The notes below the pieces were generated by a model that had not been told where the DNA came from, made no database searches, and worked only from the letters and a program-made list of their open reading frames with translations. 64,000 nucleotides of DNA, taken from assembly GCA_030390025.1 (NCBI GenBank), contig CM059449.1:15624001-15688000 (forward strand), in the 5' to 3' direction. Shown one piece after another: positions 25,222 to 38,689 of the stretch (the first letter of the stretch is position 1; every line of letters starts with the position of its first letter). A program made the translations under genes and the position numbers. Origin of the DNA: Squalus acanthias (Eukaryota).

Positions 25222-26344
25222 ATAGTTTCTTGTCTCCAAACTATTCATTATACAGTTAGGGGTTGAATTTCTATGAGGGTTTACATGATCATCCACCGTG
25301 ACTTCGAAGGAAACACTGGAGAAAAGGGTATAAACATATTCAAGGTAGCTAACGCCTGTTCAATTTGGCCGCCCAGGACGCCGGAAAACCCGTGAGGCCA
25401 ATGTGGCTCTGGACATATTTCAGCTTTCGTTGGGGCGCAGGGCATAGTCCTGTGAAACTGCTCATGGTTGCCCCCATTTTCCGCGCAGAAAACGAGCGTA
25501 ATGAGGACCAATTTCCACCCTTTCCCCAGATGCCAGCTCTGAGATACTTATTGCCAAACTCTCGGTGCCAATAAATAAAAGTCGGGGCAAAAACTGCATA
25601 AAATCCGGACAAAGGGCTGATGAAAGCCAAAGAGAGTGTGGGCGCTAGCGCAAAACGGGCGAGAATGAAACAGCCATAAATGGAATAGGAAATTGGGCAG
25701 GGTGTAAAATGTGCTTTCCATCCACTAGAGGCCATTTTGCCCAATCGTCCACGAACAATTTCACGCCCATGGAATGTTAGAAGTCGTCCCACGATAAATC
25801 CAGTCCTCTTTGCCCATATAAGAACAGTGCCACATCCGTATCCTGAGCTCTCTTCTAATGGATAATCACCATAACATCCGGGAAACAACGCTAAGTGGGT
25901 CGGTTCCAATCCCACTGCATTTCCGATCGGTACCACCCGGCAGAAAACCGTAAGTGAAGAAAAGAGAATCGGCCCCATCTAGTCCGAAACCCACCAGTAT
26001 GTTTTGCTTTACAAAATGAAATTTTATCATGCAATTTGGAGATATTTGTTGATCATTAACAATATATAGAACTGGAAACCTTTAACGAGAGATGGAGTGG
26101 GTAAGTACCACAACTTCACTCCGTTGCACGTAATTTTTTTATTCGTTCCTGGGATATGGGCATCGCTGGCAAGGCCACCATTTGTTGCCCATCTCAAGTT
26201 GCCCTCGAGAAGGTGATGGTGAGCCGCCTTCTTGAATACAGCTGATACACTTGCTAGGCCATTTCAGAGGGCAGCTGAGAGTCAAACACATTGCTGAGCG
26301 TCTGCAGTCACATGTAGGCCAGACCTGGTAAGGATGACAGATTT

Positions 26345-29100
26345 CATAAGAACATAAGAAATAGGAGCAGGAGTAGGCCATTTGGCCCTTCAAGCCTGCT
26401 CCGCCATTCAATAAGATCATGGCTGATCTTCTACTCATCTCCACTTTCCTGAACTATCCCCATATCCCTTGATACAGTTAATATTCACGAATCTATCGAT
26501 CTCTCCCCATCCCAGGAACCAGTCTGGTGAACCTTTGTTGTACTCCCTCTATGACAAGTATATCCTTCTTGCTCTCTGTTTTCTGTCCATTAACAAATCC
26601 TCAATCCATGCTAGTATATTACCCCCAATCCCATGAGCCCTAATTTTGTTTAATATCCTCTTGTGTGGCACCTTATCAAATGCCTTCTGAAAATCCAAAT
26701 ACACCACATCCACTGGTCCCCCCTTATCTATTCTGCTAGAAACAACCTCAAAAATCTCTAATAGATTTGTCAAACACGATTTCCCTTTCATAAATCTGTG
26801 TTGACTCTGCCCAATCCTGTTATTATTTTCTAAGTGCCCTGTTACTCACGTCCTTAATAATAGATTCTTGCATTTCCCTACTGCTGATGTCAGGCTCACT
26901 GGTCTGTAGTTCCCCGTTTTCTCTCTCCCTCCTTTCTTAAATAGTGGGGCTACATTTACTACCTTCCAATCCATGGGAACCATTCTAGAATCTATGGAAT
27001 TTTGGAAAATGACACCCAATGCATCCACTCTCTCTATAGCCAACTCTTTCAAAACCCTAGAATGTAGGCCATCAGGGTCCAGAGGATATATTGGCTTTTA
27101 GTCCCATTAATTTCTCCAGTACTACTTTTTTACTAATACTAATATCTTTCAGTTCCTCATTCTCGCTAGACCCTTGGTTGTCCACTATTTCCGCGAGATT
27201 TTTTGCGTCTTCTTCCATGAAGACAGACACAAAGTATTTGTTTAATTTCTCAGCAATTTCCTTATTCCCCATTATAATTTCTCCTGTCTCAGCCTGTAAG
27301 GCACCCACATTTACTTTCGCTAATCCTTTTCTTTTTACATACTTATAGATGCTTTTACAGTCTGTTTTATGTCTCTCCCTAGTTTACTCTCATATTCTAT
27401 TTTCCCTTTCTTTTCAATTTCTTGGTCCTCCTTTGCTGAATTCTAAATCCTCCCAATCTTCAGCCTTACGACTCTTTTTGGCATCATTATAAGCCTCTTC
27501 CTTTGATCTAATACTATCTTTAACTTCTCTTGTTAGCCACGGTTGGACCAATCTTCCTGTGAGGGTTTTCTGCCTGAAAGGAATGTATATTTGTCGGCAA
27601 TTATGTATTAATTCTTTAAATGCTAGCCATTGCTCGTCCACTGTCATTCGTTTTAATGTAGTTTCCTGATCTACCTTCGCCAACTCGCCCCTCATACCTA
27701 CATTGTTTGCTTTGTTTAGATTTAAGACCCTAGTTTCGGATTTAACTAAGTCACTTTCATACTCAATATAAAATTCTATTATATTATGGTCACTCTTCCC
27801 TAAAGGCCCCTTTACTTATTAATTAACCCTTTCTCGTTGCACAATACTCGATCTAAAATAGCCTGTTCCCTAGTTGGTTCCTCAACATACTGGTCTTGAA
27901 AACTATCTTGCATACATTCCTTGAATGCGTCCTCCACACTGTTACTGAAAATTTGGTTTGCCCAGTCTATATGTAGATCAAAGTCCCCCATGATTATTGT
28001 ATTACCCTTGTTACATGTCCTCTAATTTCCTGATTGATACTCTGCCCTACATTACAACTACTGTTTAGATATAAAAGTCCATGTTAAGTCCGGAAGGCTG
28101 TAAAGTGCCTAATCGGAAGATGAGCCATATCTCTGTTATGGCTATTAAATCATCTTCCGATTCGGCACTTTACAGCCTTCCCGACTCAATATCGAGCTCA
28201 ACAATTTCAGATCATAACCTCGGCTCCTACCATATATATATAATAATATAATATCCACCCTTTTGGTTTGTGTCTTTTCCCTTTTTTCTCTCTCCCCACG
28301 GCAGCTGTCTCTCATTCTGCCAGCATTTCACACTTCACACTTTTGAGCCACCTTTTGTTTCTTAACCTGTCCTATTACCATCTCGTCTTCCCTTGAGCAT
28401 CTCTTAATGTCTCTACATACCTTTTGTTCTTTTATTCCTCCCCCAGCTTCCCCCTTGCTTTTTTATCTGTTTCATTTCCTGCTTTTTTCTCATTTCTGAC
28501 GAAGGGTTTGGACCTGAAACGTTAACTCTGTTTCTCTCTCCACGGATGTTGCCTGGCCTGCTGAGTTTTTCCAGCGTTTTCTGTTGTTGCTTCTAAAAGT
28601 TATGTATCTTGGAATATTTAGTACCCAACCTTGACCAATTTGAAACCACATCTCTGTTATGGCTATTAGATCAAACCTGTTAATTTCTATCTGCGCTATC
28701 AATTCATCTATTTTGTTGCGAATGCTTCGCACATTCAGATATAGTGCCTTTAGCTTTGACTGATTTCTCTTTTTCGCTGATGTCACCTTAGTCACTGATG
28801 CCTTATTACCTTCTTTACTCTCTCTGTTCCTTCCTGACCCACTCAGATGATGTTTTACCCAAAACTCTTCTCTACACCAGAGACTTTATATTTCTCTCAA
28901 TGCTTTTAAATTTACACTTTCCTGAATCCTCCCCCCCCTCTTCATTAGTTTAAAGCCCTGTCGACTGCCCTAGTTATTGGGTTCGCCGCGACACTGGTCC
29001 CAGCCCGGTTTAAGTGGAGCCCGTCCCAACGGAACAGTTCCCTCTTTCCCCAGTACTGGTGCCAGTGCCGCATGAACCAAAACCCCTTCCTCCCACACCA
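26345..29100 (-). mobile_element. Decayed CR1 LINE (ORF1 end, endonuclease, RT), internally deleted and interrupted by a Penelope insertion at ~28070-28590
   Basis: ORFs 26549-26791 (SCLTNL, DFQKAFDKVPH), 26846-27052, 28490-28795 (LYLNVRSIRNK) and 28945-29154 (DGLHLN, esterase-like ORF1); (cttatgtt)n tail at 26345. Confidence 0.85.
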
Positions 29101-29661
29101 ATCTTCGAGCCTGAAGGAATTTAGTGAACCAGATGGCTTTTTACGACAATGCACGGGAACGCCGAGTGTCTCGGCGAGATCCTGTTATAGCAAACAGTAG
29201 GAGCAGGGAAACTCGGATAGCAACCTTCCAATTTCCGCTTTAACTGCGCCTGTGCGGACGCCGGAAGTTGCTGTCCGATTTACTCCTTAATAACAGAGAC
29301 GGCTGATAGCCTAATAGTATCATATATAGAGAGCGTTCCGTTTCAATTGAAGTTCTGTTATGTTTATTTGGAGTCGAATGAAATGCGTTCTAAATGTCAC
29401 GGAGGGAAATGCTTGGAGCAAGACTCTACAATATCTGTTGTGGAATTTCATGTTGGCAAAGCTTTATTTCGGACTGCAGTTCACTGCTGAGCCTCTACCT
29501 CAATCCCTTCATATCAGTGACGCCGAAAACCAACCAAATACAGAATGCCAATATCGGACTATTAATGTTATGCTTGCATTTAAGTGACAATTGTCTGTTT
29601 CGGAGTGACAATTTGCAGTGCCGATTGACTATAAAAGAACTGTATAACAATCACATGAAAG

Positions 29662-29924
29662 TCATGGTTTAACCACCACGTGAGCAGCATTCAGTGTGCT
29701 GACTGTCTTCTCGCTTTTGACAACGCATTGGAAATGACCGGAATTAATGGAATCTTCCTTTGGACAAAGATCGAGATATATTGAGCTATCCGGGCTATAA
29801 ATTCCCTGTTTGGAGCCCCGCTCTGTGCCAGATGAACAAGTGTCACTATAATTGGTGTTGGAAACCCCGGACGAGGAATGAGCATTATGCTCAATCTGAC
29901 ACTCCTGGTGGAACCTGATGACCT
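29662..29924 (-). CDS. NCR3-like: Gene B putative last exon, cytoplasmic tail with Tyr motifs (TNYSDT, GIYSPD, ITIM-like SIYLDL)
   Basis: Acceptor cacttttcactag|, phase-1 open frame of 87 codons to TGA, non-repetitive sequence. AATAAA on (-) at 29463-29468 and 29363-29368. Confidence 0.6.
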
Positions 29925-30120
29925 CTAGTGAAAAGTGCACCAATGCTCACGTCGGGTGAGGGCCGGTCCCTATTATTTTGGGAAGCCCCAATTTAATGGA
30001 AAAATGTAAATATATCATGTGTGGTGGTCATCATTTCAAAGGTATATCAACTTCAGGATGACATCGTGTATATTAAATAAAATGCAACAGATTGTTTGAA
30101 TATTATTAATATGTTACTTT

Positions 30121-32960
30121 TAAAAAATTCGTTTATGGGATGAGGGCGTCGCTGGCAAGGTCAGCCTTTATTGCCCATCCCTAATTGCCCTTCAGAAGCT
30201 GGTGGTGAGGCACCTTCTTGAACCGCTGCAGTCCTTGTGGTGAAGGTACTCCCTCAGTGCTGTTAGGGAGTTCCAGGATTTTGACCCAGCGACGATGAAG
30301 GATCGGCGATATACTTCTAAGTCAGGATGGTGTGTGACTTGGAGGGTAACTTGGAGTTGATGGTGTTCTCATGCGTCTGCTGCCCTTGGATCTCTAGATG
30401 GAAGAGTTTGCGCGTTTGGGAGGTGCGGCCGAAGAAGCCTTGGCAAGTTGGTGCAGTGCATCTTGTAGATGGTACACACTGCAGCCACCGTACGCCGGTG
30501 GTGGAGGGAGTGAACCTTTAAGGTGGTGGATGGGGTGCCAATCAAGTGGGCTGCTTTGTCCTGGATAGTGTCGAGCTCCTTGTGTGTTGTTGGAGCTGCA
30601 CTCATCCAGGCAAGTGGAGAGTATTCCATCACACTCCTGACTTGTGCCTTGTAGATGGTGGAAAGGCTTTGGGGAGTCAGGAGGTCAGACACTCGCCGCA
30701 GAATACCTGGACTTTGACCTGCTCTTGTTGCCACAGTATTTATCTGGCTGATCCAGTTAAGTTTCTGGTCAATGGTGACCGCCAGGATGTTGATAGTGGG
30801 AGATTCGGCGATGGTAATGCCACTGAATGTCAAGGGCGGTGGTTAGACTCTCAGTTGTTGGAGATAGTCATTGCCTGGCAATTGTGTGGCGTGAATGTTA
30901 CCTGCCACTTATCATCCCAAGCCTGAACGTCGTCCAGGTCTTGTTGCATGCGGGCATGGACTGCTTCATTTTCTGAGAAGTTGTGAATGGCACAGAACAC
31001 TGTGCTATCATTAGCGAACATCCCCATTTCTGACCTTATGTTGGAGGGAAGGTCATAAATGAAGCAGCTGAAGCTGGTTGGGCCCAGGACACTGCCCTGA
31101 GGGACTCATGCAGCGATGTTCTGGGGCTGAGATGATTGACCTTCAACCACCACAACCATTTTCGTTTGTGCTAGGTATGACTCCAGCCAGTGGAGCATTT
31201 TCTCACGATTCCGATTGACTTCAATTTTACTTGGGCTCCTTGATGCCACACTCGGTCAAATGCTGCCTTGATGTCAAGGGCAGTCACTCTCACCTCAGCT
31301 CTGGAATTCAGCTCCTGTGTCCATGTTTGGAGCAAGGGCGTAGTGAGGTCAGGAGCCGAGTGATCTTGATGGGACCCAAACTGAGCATCACTGAGCAGGT
31401 TATTGGTGAGTAAGTGCCACTTGATAGCACTGTCAATGACACCTTCCATCACTTTGCTGATGATTGAGAGCAGACTGATGGGGCGGTAATTGGCCGGGTT
31501 TGATTTGTCCTGCTTCTTGTGGACAGGACATTCCTGGGCAATTTTCCACTTTGTCGGATAAGTGCCAGTGTTGTAGCTGCACCGGAACAGCTTAGCTAGA
31601 GGTGAGGCTAGTTCTGGAGCAGATGTCTTCAGCACGAAATCCGGGATGTTGTCGGGGAAAATAGCCTTTGCTGTATCCAGTGCGCTCAGCCGTTTCTTTA
31701 TGTCATGTGGAGAGAATCGAATTGGCTGAAGACTGGCTTCTGTGATGATAGGGACCTCAGGAGGAGGCTGATATGAATCATCCACTCGGCACTTCTGGCT
31801 GAAGATGATTGCAAACGCTTCAGCCTTGACTTTGCGCTCACGTGCTGGTTCCACCATTATTAAGGATGGGGATATTCATGGAACCTCCTCCTCCCGTTAG
31901 TTGTTTAATGGTCCACCACCATTCACGACTGGATGTGGCAGGACTGCAGAGCTTTGATCTGATCCGTTGATTGTGGGATCACTTAGCGCGGTCTATAGCA
32001 TGCTGCTACCGCTTTTTAGCATGCATGTAGTCCTGTGTTGCAGCTTCCCCAGGTTGACACCTCATTTTTAGGTATGCATAGAGCTGCTCCTGGCATGCTC
32101 TTCTACATTCCTTATTGAACCAGGGCTGGTCCCCTGGCTTGATGGTAATGGTAGAGTGAGGGATATGCCGGGCCATGAGGTTACAGATTGTGGTGGAATA
32201 CAATTCTGCTGCTGCTGATGGCCCACAGTGCATCATGGATGCCCAGCTTTGAGCTGCTGGATCTGTTCTGAATCTATCCCATTTAGCACCGTGGTAGTGC
32301 CACGCAACACGATGGAGGATGTCCGTGAAGACGGGACTTCGTCTCCACAATGACTGTGCGGTGGTCACTGCTACCAATATTGTCATGGACAGATGCATCT
32401 GCGACAGATAGATTGGTGAGGACGAGGTCAAGTAGTTTTTTCCCTTGTGTTGGTTCTCTCACCACCTGTCACAGGCCCAGATTAGAAGCTATTTCAATCA
32501 GGACGCGGCCAGCTCAGTCAGTAGTGGTGCTACCGAGCCACTCTTGGTGATGGACATAGAGGTCCCCCACCAAGACTACATTGTGCCCTTGCTACCCTCT
32601 GTGTTTCTTCCAATTGGTGTTCAACATGGAGGAGTACTGATTCATCAGATGATGGAGGACGGTAGGTGGTAATCAGTAGGGGGTTTCCTTACCCATGCTT
32701 GACCTGAAGCCATGACGCTTCATGGGGTCCGGTGTCAATATTGAGGACTGCCAGGGCCACTCCTTCCCGACTGTATACCACTGTGCCGCCACCCCTGGTG
32801 GGTCTGTCCTGCCGATCGGAGGATTTTGGGAAATTGGCTGAAAGGTATGATTCTGTAAGTATGAATATGTCAGGCTGTTGCTTGGCTAGTCTGTGGGACA
32901 GCTCTCCCAATTTTGGCACAAGTCCCCAGATGTTGGTGAGGTGGACTTTGCAGGGTCGAC
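30121..32960 (-). mobile_element. HER1-type LINE, 5'-truncated and frameshifted ORF2 (endonuclease + RT), in a gene B intron
   Basis: ORFs 32689-32919 (ILTESYL), 32283-32465 (LDLVLTN, SDH), 31171-31857 (DIKAAFDRVWH) and 30369-30833; 3' tail shared with the HE1 SINE. Confidence 0.9.
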
Positions 32961-35900
32961 TGGGCTGGGTGTGCCATTGCCGGTGCCGAGCTCGATGCCG
33001 GGTGGCCCATCTAGTCTCTTTCTTATTATATTTCGTAGCAGTTAGTTACAACTGAGTGACTTGCTCGGCAATTTTAGAGGGCAGTTAAGAGTCAGCCACA
33101 TGTAGGTCGGACCAGGCTGATTTCCTTCCCTGAATTAGTGAACCAGATGTTTTTTTAACGACAATCCGATAGTTTCATGCTCACCATTACTGATACCAGC
33201 TTTTTAATCCAGATTTATTTAATTAACTGAATTTAAATTCCACAGCTGCCGTGGTGGGATTGAAACTCACGTCTCTGGATCATTAGTCCAGGCCTCTGGA
33301 TTACTAGTCGAGTGACAATACCACTACGCTTATCGGCACAAGAACATGGATCGGGAGATCTGACTGCAACCTAATTTTATTCTTCTCACATTTTACATGC
33401 ATTCACTTAGTTCCATTTCTCGCTGTAGAAAGTCGTTTTCCTACCTCTCCTTATATAGATGATGACAAATCTTCCAGCCCATACATATTTTAATGGATTT
33501 GTTCCATCCAGTGTAAATTCCGCTCTATATTGTTATAGAAAAATATGGTGTGCTGAATTTGGGCATACTTCTGCTACGGGCCGTGGCGATGCTTAAGTGT
33601 GCCGAGCTTTGAGACGTCCTGCCAAGTAATAATTTCTCGGGGAGGTGGTTCTGCCGATCGCCTGCCATGACTTCGCTGGAAGTTCGGCAGAACCCCGCTT
33701 TATCTATTACGCGCTTCTTCTGATTTCCGCCGATCTTCCTCTGACGTTACCAGAAGAGAGCGGAAGAACCCCGCAGAAGTCGTTTCGCCCGCCCCTCTTG
33801 AGTTTAACAAAAAACATTAATTTTAATAAAAGTTACAACGGAAAATCAACAGAACAACCTGACATGATTCAACTGAGAAGAACTTTTATTCCGAAAATGT
33901 CAAATACTTTACAGGATTATGATGAAATGTAAGGAGTTATGTGATGAAACTAGGCTGAGTGAACAGTAACGAGTATGAACGCTCAACATGTTGGTTTTCA
34001 TTTTAACAGCGGCATGAACCAGTTTATCTTCCAGGATAGAACGCCCCTAAAAATAGGGGACTAATATATTTCATACAAATGTGATAAATGTTCACAACCA
34101 ACACTAAAGAGTCTGATGTTAAAGCATTGGAGATTCCAAGCTCTTGTTACTGAATTATGTGTGGATAAACCTCACTCACTAAGTTAGAGGACAAAACATT
34201 CCCCTGGAAATTCCCATGGAGGGTTCTCTGATCATCCGCCGTTGAAGATCCAACAGGACCCCCGAGCTTCCGCCCAAGTTACGGCGGGAGATCGGGACAT
34301 CTCTGCGGAAATTCCACCACTTGTCCATCGCGGGTGGGGGCAGGGGCGTCTCATCATTGGGGTGAAATGTATCGGCTCCGCTTACTTCACCGAAGCTACA
34401 GCACCCCTTCTCGCTTCACACGGCGCTCAGTTTGATTGCTGTCCTGAACATTCAGCGTGGCATATTGGAATTTTTCATCTCCCTCTCTCTATTGAGATGA
34501 AAGTGTTTTAGTGTTGAATAAAATATTGTAAACTGATTATAGCGTAGGGCCTCAAACCCAGCGCACCAGATTTGTGCAGTTTCAATGGAATATAATTCAA
34601 CCCAGTAAACATTCTACATATAATTAGAATATGACTCCACCTATCAAATATTGTTTCGTTAAATAGGATAGATCGCGCCGTCCTATATATTCCTGTCCTT
34701 TTGAATTTATTTCAGCGTGTCAACGATTGCACGATTTAAGTAACAAGCAAGGTAAGCAGTCGATCAAATTAACACATCATTCTAATGTTAAAATCCATGC
34801 ATTTGGAACAATTCACACTTAATGAATTCAGGAACAGTGGTTCAGTCAGCATCTGGGAAAGTCAGATTAATATTTGGGAATAACTGTTCAAGAGCACTTT
34901 CCGTTCGAAGGCAAAGTGCCAGCCCACCGGTTACCCTGTGTTTTCTCTTCCAGGTGCTGACTGACCTGCTTTGCATATCCAGCATTTTCTGTTACGGCTT
35001 CAGATTTCCTCCTTATCTCGACTTATCAAAGTAGATGTATTTTTGCATGTGTAAGACTGGGTGCCCCTATTTTGGGGTCTCTTTTAATGTTCCTGTGTGT
35101 ATCTCGTGCTTTTTTTATTCGTTCATGGGATGTTGGCGGCGCTGGCAAGGCCGGCATTTATTGCCCATCCCTAGTTGCCCTTGAGAACGTGATGGTGAGC
35201 CGCCTTCTTGAACCGCTGCAGTCAACGTACTCCCACATTGTTTTTCGTAGTGGCTTTTTGCAACTGCGTGGCCATTTTAGAGGACAGTTAAGAGTACACA
35301 GCGCGTGCTCACCCGTGGAGACCCGAATTTCTGGCCCGTTTGCTACCGTTCCCTATATATGTTTGCGCATGCACCTGCTTATTTGTCTGTGGCTATATGT
35401 ATTTGCGAGTGTCTGCGAGATTGTGTCTTTCTGTGTCTGCAGGTGTGTGAATTCTGGAACTGTTAGGTTTCATTTCATGCCTTTCCTGGTTGGCTTTCTG
35501 TTGAATTATAAATAATATTTTAGTCCCCGTCTCTATTCAATTTCGATTTTCAACTTGCCGCGCCTGTGCGTAAAACTAGCGTTTGGGTTGCGCCGCACCT
35601 GTGCTTTACGCCTGTGTGGCAAATTTAGAATCTACCACAAATGTACAAGAAAAATAGTTGAGGCCGTCCAACCTCGTTTCATCTTTAGACTTTTACATCC
35701 AACTGAGAGAACTTTTTAAAGGATAATCTACCTGGAAAACTAAACAAGAGGTCAGTAGGTTTAAAAATAACAAAAACTGCCCAAGTAATTTTGCTACAAA
35801 CCCGATTTGATCTTCTGCACTCAGAGCTGTCATAATTCCTCTCTATAAAGCTCAGAAAAAAGAAAAAAGAAAGACTTGCATTTATTTAGCACCTTTCACC

Positions 35901-36679
35901 ACCTCAGGACGTCCCAAATCGCTTCACAGGCAATCAAGTACTTTTTGAAGTGTCGTCGCCGTTGTAATGTAGGAAACGCGGCAGCCAATTTGAGCACTGC
36001 AAGCTCCCACAAACAGCAATCAGACAATGGCCAAATAATCTGTTTCAGTGATGTTGAATGAGGGATAAACATTGGCCGGTACACCGGGAGAACTCCCCTG
36101 CTCTTCTTCAAAATGTGCCAAGTGATCTTTTACGTCCAGTTGAGAGAGCAGACGGAGCCTCGGTCTACTGTCTCATCTAAAAGACGGCACCTCTGACAGT
36201 GCAGCGCTCCTTCATTACTGCACTGGGAGTGTCAGTCTAGATTTTTGTGCTCAAGTCTCTGGAGTGGGACTTGAAAGGAACAACCTTCAATGACCATGCC
36301 TAATTTAATTTATTGAACAGTGTATACAATACAATACAACATATTGTGCTATAGATATAGCGCTGTAATGCTCTGTGATATAATGCTATAGGATAGAACA
36401 CAACATGGTAGAAAACAGGAGAACGCAATGAAATAAAGTATACAGTAGGAGGTACCGTATTGCACAACAATGAAACGATGCAATTAGTATGGTCCAACGT
36501 ATAATACCCTACCACGCATATATAAAACAGCCTAAGGTTTTTCTGTGCGATATAAACGGTGTTCATATCAGAGTCCTAGGCCCACTATTTAAACTAATGG
36601 GAAAAGCAATTTGATGTGAGCGTGCCAAGCACTCGTACGAGAATAGGGTGACGTCTAGGCTAATCTACTAGAATATATG

Positions 36680-37423
36680 CGGCCAAAAATTCGGCCGTTC
36701 CCGGGTGACTACTCAGTGCGGACTCACCCGTATTGTTTCCTGCATGAACTGCGCATGCACGGGAAACCGGAACTTCCGGTATGGTGAAGGGGGCGGTTCC
36801 TAGGTGATCCGCGTGTGCGCTGGAGGCTGCGCGCGTGCAGCACACTCAGATTTCTTTTCAGGTTTCTGCGCGAGGGGAAGTATTGAAGATTCTACGCTGA
36901 TAAAAAGGAGGCGTAAGACCCCTTTTGAACAAGTTAAGTGGTTAATTAAGTATAATTAAAAAAAAATTTCAACAGGTTTATCTTTTTTAGATACTTTAAA
37001 GAAAGGTAAGTTTATTTTTATAACTTTTAAAAAGTATTTTATTTTTTCAAAAATTTAAATTTTTGTTTAAAGTGGTTAATTTATTTAACTATAGTTATTT
37101 TATAAATGTGATCGTTTTTTAAAATTTATTTTAAGTTTAGCTGTGCTTTTGGGGCTGATATCAATTCACAGATTTGACAGGTCCTGTCAAATCTATGAAT
37201 GATAGATGGTCTGCTGCCATCGGCTCTACATGGCCCACGTGATCCCAGGGGTCGCATCACATTAACTACGCCCCTGCAACACGCAAGCACTGCGGGCCGA
37301 CACTTGGAGCAGTCCCAGGAGCTGAAGTTCCCGTGGGCCCAAAACACAACTGCAGGCGCGGTGGGTAAGAGCGCGCGCGATCCTTACCCACGCGGCAAGC
37401 CAGCCAGGCGAATTTTTAGGCCG
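36680..37423. mobile_element. MITE related to 8654-9397, opposite orientation
   Basis: TIRs cggccaaaaattcg / cgaatttttaggccg; cacgtgatccc and AT-rich core shared. Confidence 0.7.
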
Positions 37424-38079
37424 ATATATAATACAGCATAACATTGAAACGCACTTTTAAACATCATGTAATAATTCATCACGAAAAAGATCAGGGTGTG
37501 GTAAGAAAATCTTTTACATTATATTCGGCATAAACCTTAACACTTCAAATTGACTTTGTGGCCAAGACGTCGAAAATGTGTCACTCAATAGCCGTTCTGG
37601 AAGCAAGAGTTATTGAATCATACAGTCATACAGCACAGAAGGAGATCATTCGGCCCAATCTGCATGAGCCGGCTCTCTGAAAGGGCTACTAATTAGTCCG
37701 ACTCCCGCCTGCTCTTTCCCCATAGCCCTGAAATATTTCCCTTTTTAAATATTTATCCAATTCCCTTTTGAAAGTTATTATTGACTCTGCTTCCACCACC
37801 CTTTCAGGCAGCGTATCCCAGATCACAACAACTCACTGAGTAAATAAAAATTCTCCTCATCTCCCCTTGGCTTTTTTTTTGCCAGTATCTTAAATCTGTG
37901 TCCTCTGGATACCGACAGAATAATCAGACAAAACAATACTGAAATCTTGGTCAACCGATTATTCCTGGTAGATAAGAAAATTAACCACATTATCAATTAA
38001 AATCAAATTAAATCGAAGGAGTAAGCGTTCGGAGTTTATTAAAAGTAACAGGTTGTTCACGTTTCTTTCTGTCATTGAC

Positions 38080-38114
38080 CTGTTTCATGGATCTCTGAGT
38101 AGAGCGGATCTGGA
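38080..38114 (-). CDS. NCR3-like: Gene B 35-nt micro-exon (S)PDPLYSEIHET
   Basis: tcttttgcttcag| acceptor, G|gtcaat donor, phase 2 to 1, YxxI motif. Confidence 0.7.
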
Positions 38115-38224
38115 CTGAAGCAAAAGAAGACATCAGAAAATTTAGGCATCCAAAATAATAAAATACATTAAAGAACAAGAAAGTGGCTTTCTTTAAAAAA
38201 AAGTAGATCAATGTAAACAGTCAC

Positions 38225-38246
38225 CTGGTGGGTTGCTGAAGAGCGA
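38225..38246 (-). CDS. NCR3-like: Gene B 22-nt micro-exon VALQQPT
   Basis: Long pyrimidine tract ending ctcctcacag|, AG|gtgact donor, phase 1 to 2. Confidence 0.7.
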
Positions 38247-38557
38247 CTGTGAGGAGAGAAAGACAAAGACAGAAAAATTAAAGAGCTGAAGTTATTGATT
38301 ATATCTGCAAGAAGCAACTGAAATAATTGGTATCGATTGAATTGAATCACATTTTGGGGGCAATTTTAAACAAACCCGGGGAGAAACGGACGGGATCGAG
38401 GGCAACGTTTTGAAGTCAAATGAGAGCAATATTGGGCGGGTCTAAACCCGGCGTTCCACCCGATCCCCTGCGTTGCCTGCCCGATGAGTTAGGATAAATT
38501 TACCAGAGAATTTGCCAACCACATGGAATTCAGTAGAGATACAATTAGTGCTGTTAC

Positions 38558-38689
38558 CTCTCTTCTGATGCCGGCTGATAACAACTATGATTATGATGAT
38601 GATGATGATCAGGAGAGGAACCACTATCGTTAATAAGACGCGTGGTGGGATCATTGGTGCGGGCTCGCCGTGGCAGCTCTCTCCACCAC
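38558..38689 (-). CDS. NCR3-like: Gene B stalk plus uncharged TM (VLLTIVVPLLIIIIIIIIVVI-SRHQKR)
   Basis: tttacacacag| acceptor, G|gtaaca donor, 132 nt phase 1-1; basic stop-transfer residues follow the TM. Confidence 0.85.

Noticed and set aside
25349-25978. 209-aa ORF
   Set aside because: No recognisable domain; it lies within a probable non-autonomous DNA-transposon-like segment (25259-25976).
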